In this document: one piece after another, positions 12,901-24,900 of the stretch | Layout of the letters: each line of letters starts with the position of its first letter | How positions within the stretch are numbered: position 1 is the stretch's first letter | Source of the DNA: Antedon mediterranea | Lineage: Eukaryota; Animalia; Echinodermata | DNA: 64,000 bases | Direction of reading: 5' to 3' | Assembly: GCF_964355755.1 (NCBI RefSeq) | Contig: NC_092672.1 | Coordinates: 7,440,001 to 7,504,000 of the forward strand | The notes under the pieces: model-generated | Seen by the model: the letters and a program-made list of their open reading frames with translations, nothing else | Database searches by the model: none | What the model was told of the DNA's origin: nothing | Translations under genes and position numbers: made by a program

Positions 12901-15900
12901 CTTTCTTGGGATGCAACTCCCACTAATCAAACCAAACCTACTACATTTCTGTTCAGTTACGATCGAAAAACCGCCATTTTGAAACTTTGTTTACGTTTTA
13001 CGAAGCTGGTACGAATCGACCCGGACCGAATCGTGTCCCTGTTTAATCCGGTTGTTCATGCAGGCGTACTGCGTCACAGGCCTAAGGTTTCAATCTGCTG
13101 CCCGATTATTGTTCTATTTGGTTTCTGAGCTAGGAAAGGCCTACTTAGACTAGCTACTATAATTACTTACTTAACTTCTAGCCTAGCTAGGCCTAAAAAT
13201 AGTATTTTCTAGGCCTAGTTAGGCTAGTAATTCTGATAGTAGTTTGTGTTTAGGGCCTATAGTAGCTGGAGTAGAAGTAGACATAATCTGGGTATTCCAT
13301 AATCTAGGCTGGTAGGTCTATCCCAGCTCATATGCCAAGCAAGAAGAAGCCTGAAGAAGAACCTAGGCCTAGAAAAAATTACAAAAACTGTTAAAAAACA
13401 ATAAATTGAAAAACTTCAAAGTGTCAAAAGATAACCCATTTTCAATTTATATATAAATATGGTGGGGAATGTTATTTATAAAATCAGGCATCTTTTGTTT
13501 GAGAGACTCAACCATGTATTTTTATATGGTCATGTTTTTAAAAAAGATAATTATTAGCCCATCATTTACTTGAGTATTGTTAATTGGTTGGTACTTAAAA
13601 GTATATCAATATCTGGCAGTAAATGTGACACTTGTATACAGAAATATTCTATTACTTTATTAGATACAACTTACATTTCACACAAGCAATACATTTTTTC
13701 TTTTTATGTATACATATACAGAATGTGGAAAAATACAACCTTTCAAACAATTACTGATACAAATAGTAAATACTACTGTATATAAAAACTTCTAATAGCA
13801 CCTTGTTCATCAGACATAACAAACTAGCTAGGCCTAATACTGTAAATATAAAATATGCCACCATATGTACTTTTTGAGATATCATTTTTACTTGAGTCTT
13901 ACTGTTGTACTGATTTTATGATTGTTTTATGTTTATATTGTATGCATCTGTGCGACTCTGGTTAATAAAGTAAATCAATCAATCAATTGCAACTTAATTA
14001 ATTATATCTTTATAAAAATTTACTGATCTGAAACACTTCTACAACTTAAATGAATATAAATTTATATGTTATATTAGCGAATAAAATGAAAAACTATCAG
14101 CAATGATATTGAAATCGAGAAAACCACTTTACAGCTTCCACCGTCCAACCTCATATTGAAGAACGAGATAGAAAATCTTGATACCAACAAAAAACCTGAA
14201 ATGAAAATGAATAGCTGAAATGTAAAGAACTATTTAAATAATTGTCACTATGACGAAAACATTTTCTTAAATACTGTATAATTATATAATTATTCCACAA
14301 CCTGAAAACATATTCAGATAAAATATGACTGAACTGTAGGCCTACCATAAAAAAGCACTAAACACAAAACTTCCTTGTGTCTGTATATTTATTGTATAAT
14401 TATTAATACAGTAAATAAATTGTACCCATCAGTTGCCAATAATGAGGATATTTAACTCATGTCAGGCTGCGATTGGCTTAATTATCTTTTTAAAACCTTC
14501 CCAACGCATCTTCAATATAGAGTAGGATTAACGAAACTTTAATAATACTAAATTGTAACTAAAGTATTTTAATTATCAACATGTTACTAAGGCTAAGCCT
14601 AGGCCGATATTACGACAACGATCCACCAGGTCGTGCCCACACCCACACCTGCAACAACCACAATCAACACACCATGCACCACACACGACGGAACTAGTGC
14701 CGCGAGACGTAACAATTATGTGAAATGAGGACCTTTTTTAAAATGTTCGCTGTAGGAAGCTTAAATAGGGTTTCAAGCCAATTTTAACGTAAAACAGACT
14801 ATTGATACTTACTCTATCCATATACGCCGATTTTTTGGTAATTCACTGTATGGGATGCAAATCCCACTAATGGAAAATTTGTAAACAAACACAAGTTAGA
14901 AAACTTCAGCTTTGACGGCTGCACACGAATTTTGGAAAGAAACTGTCACTGACAACAAATCCAACAAATTATTCCGAAAATTAGGTGACCTGCGACATCT
15001 TAAACATATAAGGAACTGATCTTACCATATATGGTTAATTTTTCGCCTATTAATGTTTATTAAACAGCTATAAAATGACGTTTACTTTATGCTAATGTTT
15101 TCGCGCGAAACGTTGATGCCTCTGTGCCGAGAGAGGGCTTCTAAAATTAATGACGTCATGCGAAGTCGAAAATTTCGCGATAACGGTCATATTTCCCAAC
15201 GCGGCTCTCCGACTGAGTACGAAGAAATAAATACTCGCAAATAAATTTTAATTTAAAATCATAATAAGTTTTTTTGTTTCGTTTTCTTTCTGTTTTTATA
15301 CTTGTACTATTATTGTTGCTCTTTTGGCGCTTGATAGAAACAAAAACATTGAGCATGAGGAGTCATACAGAATACAAAGAAACACGTCTGTAAAAACATC
15401 AATTTAAAGGATTTATTTATTTGTTTTTATGTGTTTCTCCTTCTGAAAGTACTTATATAACTCCTAATTTTAAAGTGTGATATTCAGAATAAAGTCAGTT
15501 AACAAATTTCGAGTCAAAATACAAGAAAGGCAGGTGCGAAAGAAAAACATCCTCTGAACCAACACAATGGAGTAAATATATACCAACAAACAACCAGTCA
15601 AGTTTGTTTGTTGTAAAGAAAAAATATACATTTACTCAACGGGCGAAAATAATGTGAGTTTATCTATGTTTTGCGGTAGTATTTAATTATATTTATGGTA
15701 ATAAATGAAACCTACTATGTTTAAAATTATGTATGGATAAACAAGTATTGTTTTAAGCTGTAGTATATCTTAGAATTTGCAATCTTAGGTCTTGGGTCTT
15801 AGCTTTCGTGATCTTAGGTCTTAGGGGGTCTTAGCTTTCGTGGTCTTATGTTTCGTGACACCCTACAAAGAACACCGCTAGACAACCGCGTACCTATTGT

Positions 15901-18900
15901 TTCGATCACTGGCAGTCAGCATGCATAAAGTATATAGCCTTCCGACGTACATCAAAAAATGGAACGCTGCGGTTACCTACAATATTTATGTGTGGCTATG
16001 AAGTATAGTGTATCATCATCATAGAGGATTATAGTGAATTTAATATATTACACTATAATATCTATGGTATCATGTACTGTAGTTTACATTAGGCCTATGG
16101 CATTCGATTATTTTTTTCTAGACCACCAGCCGATACGTAGGCCTACTCAACTGTATCAATACCACCTATTTACATTGATATATTTAGTTTCCTCAACAAA
16201 TTGCTGTAAATAAATATAGATAGAGCTATCAGGGGCGGTCGCAGGACTATTTTAAGAAGAGGGTTGCCCAAAGACTCCAGGGCTGTAGACACTGACAGTG
16301 GTGGCGCCAGCGGGGGGTCTACGGGGGCTCTAGCCCCCTCGTCGGGGAGCCTAGCCCCCCCCCCCCCCGTCGGTGAACACGGGTACTTTTTATCGGGGAA
16401 TATAATATACAGTAAAAAACGTTCGCGTTCACTTCATATAGCTTCAGCGCCTAGAAAACCACGACGTTCCATTGACCGTGAGAGTACGTCAGAGGGCTAT
16501 TATGCACTTTTATCGCTGGCAATAAATGAATAAAAGTGTTATGCATTCATTTATTGCCAGCGATTTAACTTACTACTAAACATTAGCTAGGTACGCACTT
16601 GTCTAGCGGTATCCCTTTGAACGAATCGTTCAACATTGGGTCGAGACGCGTGATATCAAGTTCCATCCAGGGACCAAAATGTGTAATGTAGTTACTGACG
16701 GTTACGTCGTGTACTGCGTCGACGTACGCTACACTACAGCAAAAACGAATTATGTTAATTGTTCGTATGTTCACCAATTTTTTAATTTACAAGTAACCTT
16801 CTGTACCGTGGGGTAATACATTTTTCAACCATTACTAAACAAAAAAACATGCCATTTTCGCTTAGCCAACATCTGATTATAGCTAAGTTATTACATTTTC
16901 AATATGTCATGAATTTCTCACCACTCGGAAGTCCAGATGGTACGCACGCATACACTTGGGAGGAATAAACTTATTTCCCCGACTGAAAAAAGGTCTACGC
17001 TTGCGTTTTTTAAGCCTCTGGGCCTGATGTTTCCAAAGTATAAAATGCAATTTTTTGAAGACCTGCAGGTCTAGTTTTAAACATTTTTAAACAGTATAAA
17101 TTATACTTCAAAACATGAAACAAAATATATAAGTCCCTATCATGGTTGTGACTGAGCTAAGAAATGTTTGAAAAATAGAGATGAATTAGGTCCCGGAAAA
17201 TGCACTTCTTGTACTTCGAAATATGACCAGCTTTATTGTTGAGGCTAATAAGTCCAATTTCCGGGACCTCCAACTCTATTTTTCTAAATTTTCTTTGAAC
17301 TTTTATTTTTTAAATTGAAAAATATGGATTGAAACAGTCATCGCGCATCGTTTTTTTTGCACGCAGTATTTTATTTATGCATTATAAAAAATGGAAAAAA
17401 TGGCTACCCTAAATCTGATTAAAATGACCTCAAATTAATGACGCTTCCGGGGGCTTCGCCCCCTGGACCCACACCGGGGTCCCTTGGCGGCCCCCTGGCC
17501 CCCAGCCTAGTGATGCTCGCATAGCCCCCTCGTCGGAAAGATCCTGGCGCCACCCCTGGACACTGAGTATTTGAGCAAGCAAATTGTTAAATGACACCCC
17601 TAGATGGCCGCAAATAGTACTCTCGCACGTAAATTTATGATAATTTTTTTTCGTTCAATGCAAACGTCGCGGGGAAGTCTCCGATTAAGGTACTTTTGGT
17701 ACGGTAATACATTCTAATAACTGTACTCAATTAATGTAAATTAATTATCAATTAATAATTTTAAAAAGTTGTACAAAAAATATGAAGCAGTTGCTATAAA
17801 TATATTGAGCAAAAGGTTAAATTGTATAATTTGGAATTTTAATTCATTTAAAAATGCTAAATAAAGTCAGATGTTAAAACCACATTTTCCAAAAATTCAT
17901 TTTCATTTATCCACTATAAACTTTACAAAAGTGTTGTTTTAAACCACACTCCAAATAAAACAAAGAAAATAATGATAGGAAATTTGCAGAAAGAAGCAAA
18001 CTTTGCTCTGTTACCGGTATAAACACGGTTCAAATTTTGGAACGTCTATAAATTACTACGGAAATTCGGCCTATTTACGACGAACGTACGGAAATGAAGA
18101 TAAATAGGGTACTACACGCATCGGAAATACAACACTATATACGCACAATTATGATTTGGCCTAAAAATTGGCCTTAGATTATGGAAAACCCCCGGCAAAA
18201 CGCAATAATTATGGACAAATCGATTATTAGCCTTGGCAATATGCCTAATATTTAAAAGGAATGAATATAGGCTATATTTCGTTTGTCGATGAATTTTTTA
18301 AATCATGTGTGAATGATTGATCCATTACAGGTAATCTGTGATGGTTCTAGTAACACTGCTATGCGTGCGTAATTTGTGAATAACGTAGTAGTATTCTACA
18401 TACACGAGCCTAGATAGGGAGGATCTGTACTGTCGTTCATTGCGAGAGGAGGGAGAAGTCCGGTAATGTGTCATGAAAAATGTAACAAGCCAGAGATGAA
18501 ATAAAATTACTAACATTTAGCTGATTGTCGTTGTTTTAGTCGTCGTCAGAAGTTTATCGACCGACATCTATTTCTCATGTGTAGTAGAGCGTTTCTTTGA
18601 TTGAATAATTTTTTTTGTATTATAACACAAGTTCATTTTGGATTTTCAGTAAATTACCAATGGTTTATTCAAAGTCAAACTGTAACTAATCCCTCACTAT
18701 TCAATCAAAATGTTATTATACTACTATATTGTTGAAAAATGGATTGCGTGACTTGAAAATAGATTGATAGTAAAATGTAATAAAGACACGTTCTTGTCTG
18801 GTTATTAGGTATGCATGCTCTGATAAAGCAGAGGATTATTTTTGTAGCGTTCCATTTAAAATAGATTTTATTACAAAGAAATATTTTGGTTGTGAAGGTC

Positions 18901-21900
18901 GTTTTAACAATTAGGCTAATATCAAAACATTCAACAATGATAAAATGCCCTACAACTCTGTAACTTACGGTGGCCTATAAGTGTCACGGCAACTTTCAAA
19001 AAATATCACGGCAACTTTAAAAAAAAGCCACGGAAATTTGAAAAAAGCCACGGCAATTTAAAAATAAAACATCACGGCAAATTAAAAATAAAACATCGCG
19101 GCAATTTAACAAAAATACCACGGCAACTTAAAAATGAAACACCACGGCAAATTAGTATTGAAACACCACGGCAAATTAGTAATGAAACACCACGGCAAAT
19201 TACAGAATGCCACGGCGGAAGTGAGTTACCACGGCGGAAGTGAAACCTTTGGAATCTTCGATTTTTTCTGAGGTAAGTAATTATTTGTGCATTGAAGTAA
19301 ATATTATTATATTAATTTATTATATTTAACTGCAGCGTACGTGTTTATTGCACTAGGCCTAGCTATGCCTACTACTAGCCCTAGGCCTTAGGCCTACAGT
19401 AGTAGCTAGGTCTACTGTAAAATCAACTTGTTATATAAAAAACAGATTACTGTAAATATATTAAAACATTGTAGAATGTTATAGGGCCTAGGCCTACCTT
19501 GTAATAAGGCCTATGGTCTAGCCCGGCCTAGAAAGTTCAAGAAGAGTGCAATAAACACGTAAACTGCTGCAGTTAAATAAATTAATATAATATTTACATC
19601 AATGCACAAATAATTATTAAATTACTTACCTCAGGAAAAATCGAAGATTCCAAAGGTTTCACTTCCGCCGTGGTAACTCACTTCCGCCGTAGTCCAGTCA
19701 ATCTATGACAAAAAAGGGCGTAACCCAAAACAAATTGCAATAGTTTCCAAAGCTTTTTTATTTGATTCTATAAGCATCTGGGAAGATCATTTCCAAAATC
19801 TACCAAAATCGGTTCAGTGGAACATACTTTTTAAGGGGTTTTAAGGTCATAGGGGTCAAATTACACATTTTTCTATTTTGAAAACTACTAGGCGTAGAAT
19901 GTTAATTTTGGTGTCAAACTATTCAGAAGACCCATATTTATATGTACTCTAATGAAACCTTTTTACCAAAAATTACAGGAAAGCATGTTTTTGACCTTTG
20001 ACCTATTTTATTGTATATTTTCGTATATTCGTATCTTAGTAACCAGTGGGCGTAGATGAGCGTTATTTGCGTCAAACTACTCATAAGGTCAATGTTTATA
20101 TTAGTTCTAATGAAAAAGATTCGTGTAAAATGACCGGAAGTCATTATTTTGACCTTTGACACATATTCATTATTTTAGATTTCTCAGTAAATACATTTTT
20201 TATATCTCAGTAACCACTAAGCACAACTTCGTCAATTTTGTGTCAAAAGATTCAGAAGACTCATACAGTATTTATATTCACTATAGGCCTAATGAAAAAG
20301 TTTTTTAAAAAATGGATAGAAACTATGTTTTTGACCTTTGACCTATTATACCAGTATATTTGTTTATATTTACTCTAATGAAAACAAATGCAAATGTACA
20401 ATATAACCGAAAATCATTATTTTGACCGTTAACATTTTCTAGTCGTGTCATGAATAAATCTCGGGTCTCGAGTATAACATTTTAAATTTGACCAAATAAT
20501 AAGTGCGGCGATCTGACAGACGTTGGGCTGGAATATCAACTGATCTTGCCATAGAACAGTGTTTTATGCGTAGCATAAAAACAAGAGGAGGTCTAACAAG
20601 AGGGCGAGGATTAACAGAAATTCAACGACTTGTCTGGGTCCTTTCAACTCCAGTCTGCGCCAAGATCAATCATTCAATGCAAGAGTTCACTAACGTTTTG
20701 TATACTACCAGTGAACAACATAAAGAAACAACATATGCCAGAAAGATGAAGGACCTCAGTGATGTACAAGACATATCAAGGTATCTGACACAGCGAAATC
20801 CATTCAATACAGACAGTACAAAATCACTGACAAACATTGGAGTGACGGCACATATCAATGTAGACTGTGACAATGCCAAGCATGTAGGTCAACAAATTGT
20901 GCAATCAATGACAAACCAAAAGGTCGCCGACTACACATTTCGGAAAAAGAGCCAATCCATTACAATGAACTCTAAAAGCGCATTGAAGATAAAAGATGAT
21001 GTGGTCAATGTAGATCCTTTACTTCTATTTCAACGACTTGTAACTGGGCCGGCACAAGATGCGATAATGTATCAGATATATTTAGACTGTTTGAATCACC
21101 AGATATGATGAGGTCTGCAAATAAAGCTAGTTTAGCTGATAGTTTGTGGTCAACAGCAATCGAGGTTGCTCCAGAACCTCCTGATCAAATTCAGTACGTC
21201 TTAGATGGAGGAGCACTACTTCATAAAACTCCATGGACAAGAGGGGCTTCAGGGGTGACATTAGGAGAGTATACACTAAATATGTTTCTCACAAATATGG
21301 AAAACCCATTGTTGTTTTTGATGGGTACGATAACTCACTAAGTACAAAAGACTGTACACATACAAGGAGAAGTGGTGGTGGTGGTGTAGCTGTACACTTT
21401 GACCAATCTATGACCTTACAAACCAAAAAAGAAGAATTTATTTCTGTCAAACGTTCAAAACAAACAAAGATTCATTAAGATTTTGGGAAATAGTCTTGAA
21501 AAAGAAGGTTGTACTGTTCACCACGCAGAAGCTGACGCTGACTATCTTGTGTCGAAGATGGCTCTGTCCTGTGCAGAACAAATAGGCACGGTTGTCATCG
21601 CAGATGATACAGATATCCTGGTCCTCCTTATCCACCATGGTGGTCACACCAAACATAATGTATGGTTCAAGCCAAACCAAAGGAAAGAAACTAAAAAGGT
21701 GCAACGATGTTGGAACATTGCGGCAACAAGACTTGACCTTGGCAGCGATGTTTGTAAATATATCCTATTTTGTCACACGTTCCTTGGATGTGACACGACA
21801 TCGCGATTTTTTGGTATTGGGAAAATCAAAGCAGTAACTAAAGTAAGAAGTGACTGTTTCTTTTCTGAACAAGCCAAAGTGTTTATGACTTGTAAGGCAA

Positions 21901-24900
21901 ACAGACAGGAGGTAATTGCAGCGGGTAATAACGCCATTTTGTCTTTGTATGGTAGCAGCGATAATGAAAACCTAGATGAATTGAGGTTTCGTAAATTTCA
22001 TAAAAAGACAACATGCAGTACTAAAGCAGTTCATCCACGTTCTTTACCCCCAACGGCATCAGCGGCAAAAAATCATAGTCTAAGGGTGTACCAACAAGTT
22101 CAAGTTTGGCTTGGAAATGAAGAAAATGTACCTCCAGATAAATATGGATGGAAGATCAACCAAAGCAGGATGATACCATATTTGACGGACAACCCCCCAG
22201 CACCACAATTGCTCCTACAAATCATAAGATGCAAATGCAAAACAGGCTGCTATAATATGAAATGCAGCTGTAGGAACAATGGATTAGATTGCTCCATGGC
22301 ATGTAGTGAGTGTCGAGGTGTATGCGCAAACATTTCACTAGATGATAATGAATATACCGATTCTGAAGATTCAACAATGGGTTTGTAAAATCAGACGATT
22401 GGTAAATATTCTCAACCAGGCCTATTTGGATATTTTTCTGTTTTGTGTGTTTTTAGAGTAAATATAAACAGAATAATGAATAGTTAAATGTTATCTTGGG
22501 TGCTGATCTATGAAGAAATATAACACCAATATATTGCCCCAATTACTAAACGTTTTCTGGATAGATATCAAAGGTCAAAATAATTACTTTCGCATTGACT
22601 ATATACACAGACATTTTTTATTAGAGTGGATATCCTTCTGAGTTGTTTGACACAAAAAATGCTCATCTAAACCCATAGTTCACAAATATATAAATATAAT
22701 AGTTGAAAGCTTCCGGTCATTTTCTGTAAAAATAGTTTCATTAGAGTAAATAAATATGGTTCTTCTGAATTGTTTAACACAAAAGTTACGCTTATTGGTC
22801 ACCGAGATACAAAAAATAAATTTAGTGAGATATGAAATAAAGAATATATGTTAACGGTCAAAACGATGACTTTTTCATTAGAGTGAATATAAACATAGAC
22901 CTTTTGAATATTTTGACACAAAAAATGCTCATCTACGCCCATTGGTTACAAAGATATGAATATACCAATATAATAGGTCAAAGGTCAAAAGAGTAGTTTC
23001 CGGTCATTTTTTTGTAAAAAGTTTTATTAGAGTGAATATAAATAAGGGTCTTCTGAATTGATTAACACAAAAATTACGAAGTTACGACTATTGGTCACCG
23101 AGATACAACAAATTTACTTATAGTGAAATAATATAAAATAATGAATATATGTCAAAGGTCAAAATGATGTCGTCTGGTCATAATACACAAAACGTTTTCA
23201 TTAAAGTGAATATAAACATAGACCTTCTGGGTATTTTGACACCAAAAACGCTTGTTTACGCCCAGTGGTTACCGAGATATGAATATGCCAAAATAATAGG
23301 TCAAAGGTCAAAAACATGGATTCCTGTCATTTTTTATCAAAAACTTTCATTAGAGTGAATATAAATATGGGTCTTCTAAATTGTTTGACACCAAAATTAC
23401 CAAGTTCGGCCAAGCGGTTACTGAGATATACAAATATATAATTTGACCCTCATGACCTCTTGACCCCTTAAAAAAGTATGTTCCACTGAACCGATTTTGG
23501 TAGATTTTGGAAATGTTTCTTCCAGGAACATATAGAATCAAATAAAAAAGGTTCGGAAACTATTGCAATTTGTTTTGGGTCTATCGGTAGATTGACTGGA
23601 CTACCGTGGCATTCTGTAATTTGCCGTGGTGTTTCACTATTAATTTGCCGTGGTGTTTCAATACTAATTTGCCGTGGCGTTTCATTTTTAAGTTGCCCTG
23701 GTATTTTTGTTAAATTGCCGCGATGTTTTATTTTTAATTTGCCGTGATGTTTTATTTTTAATTTGCCGTGGCTTTTTTCAAATTGCCGTGGCTTTTTTCA
23801 AATTGCCGTGGCTTTTTTTGAAAAAATTGCCGTGGCTTTTTTTGAAAAAATTGCCGTGATATTTTTTGAAAGTTGCCGTGACACTTATAGGCCACCGTAG
23901 TAACTACTTTATGACTAAGCCTATCAAGTTCCGTGTCCGGATGGTATACGATGAAATGGAACTCAATTTCAATTTAGTGGCAGAAACAACATTTAGTATG
24001 AAATTAAGGCTGTTGCCCGGGCCACAAGGGAAACACAGTGACAGTGGGACAGTGACCCAAATACTTAGTGTCCGAACCCCCCCCCCCCCCCTTGACAGAT
24101 CCTGGTTACGGCCCTGTTAAATATCATAAGTGTTGAGTCAAATAACTTACCTTTCTTGCGTCATATCCTAGAATGGATGAGAGGAAAATTGGGAATTCTG
24201 TTATGGCGAGGTACCATCCAAAATCATAAGCTGTGTATCCGATAGCAACCGCCCAAACAGCAGGCGACGTAAATATATCCTTCCATGGAACTGATGTATA
24301 CTATTATAAGAAAATAATGTGTTTAAGCGTGTTTCTCACTGGAACGCAACGTATCGACGCAAAGTGCTGTATTGCGTAATCACAAGTGGGAAGAACCGAC
24401 CAGCGTGGCCAGCGATCGAAATGAAATTATGCCATATTATGACCGACATAATTAATACGGCTAAAATGTATCACAAAGGTGGGAAGCCAAAAAAAAATAA
24501 AAAGGTCTTGATCATGTTTTCGATCCAATTATGCCAGATTGTGTTAAAATTATGCCACATTTTTTTCGAAAATATGCCAGATAATAATGCCAAATCATGG
24601 TGACTATGTTGTATAACTGCATTTTTAAAATTATGCCACATTTTCTAAAATTATGCCTAGCATAAATGCTAGATGCCAGACGGAGCGCATTTTTTTCCTG
24701 ATGGCATAATTATGCCAGATTTGGCCACTATGGAACCGACGACGAAGCAGTGCTGCAAACATCGCAGGTTTGATTTCAGGCAGGCTGGGGCAAACACAAT
24801 GATTGGAATGGCATTTTTTTACGTTTCGGGGGTTGCGTTACGTTGCGTCCCTAACCAAAATGAATGTACAGATAGATATGTGGACCATGACAATATAATT

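Larger units (their letters stand above)
18966..23899. mobile_element. IS3EU-like non-autonomous element (TAC...GTA termini, 6-bp TSD)
   Basis: Long TIRs TACGGTGGCCTATAAGTGTCACGGCAACTTT... with arrays of CACGGCAA repeats. GTAACT is duplicated at 18960-18965 and 23900-23905; the empty site is near 36409. The right TIR is split by the Academ insertion. Confidence 0.8.
16230..24037 (+). mobile_element. hAT-like MITE family 'B', interrupted by two later insertions
   Basis: Starts CAGGGGCGGTCGCAGGA. After removing the inserts it is collinear with the copy at about 34896-36450 (which lacks both inserts) and the 3'-end copy at 37128-37246 (ending CCTGGGTCCGCCCTG). Confidence 0.7.
11748..24116. mobile_element. 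Outer CAGG-ended TIR element (hAT5-like) hosting the nested insertions
   Basis: CAGGCCCGTAGCCAGG at 11748 and CCTGGTTACGGCCCTG ending at 24116 (14/16 inverted match), with GGTTCGG/CCGAACCCC subterminal motifs. TTAAA occurs on both flanks (11743-11747, 24117-24121). Confidence 0.55.

Noticed and set aside
21483-22388. Domesticated FEN1/XPG or tesmin-like host gene
   Set aside because: It lies inside intact Academ TIRs with a TSD, begins at a frameshift with a non-ATG start, and is intronless.
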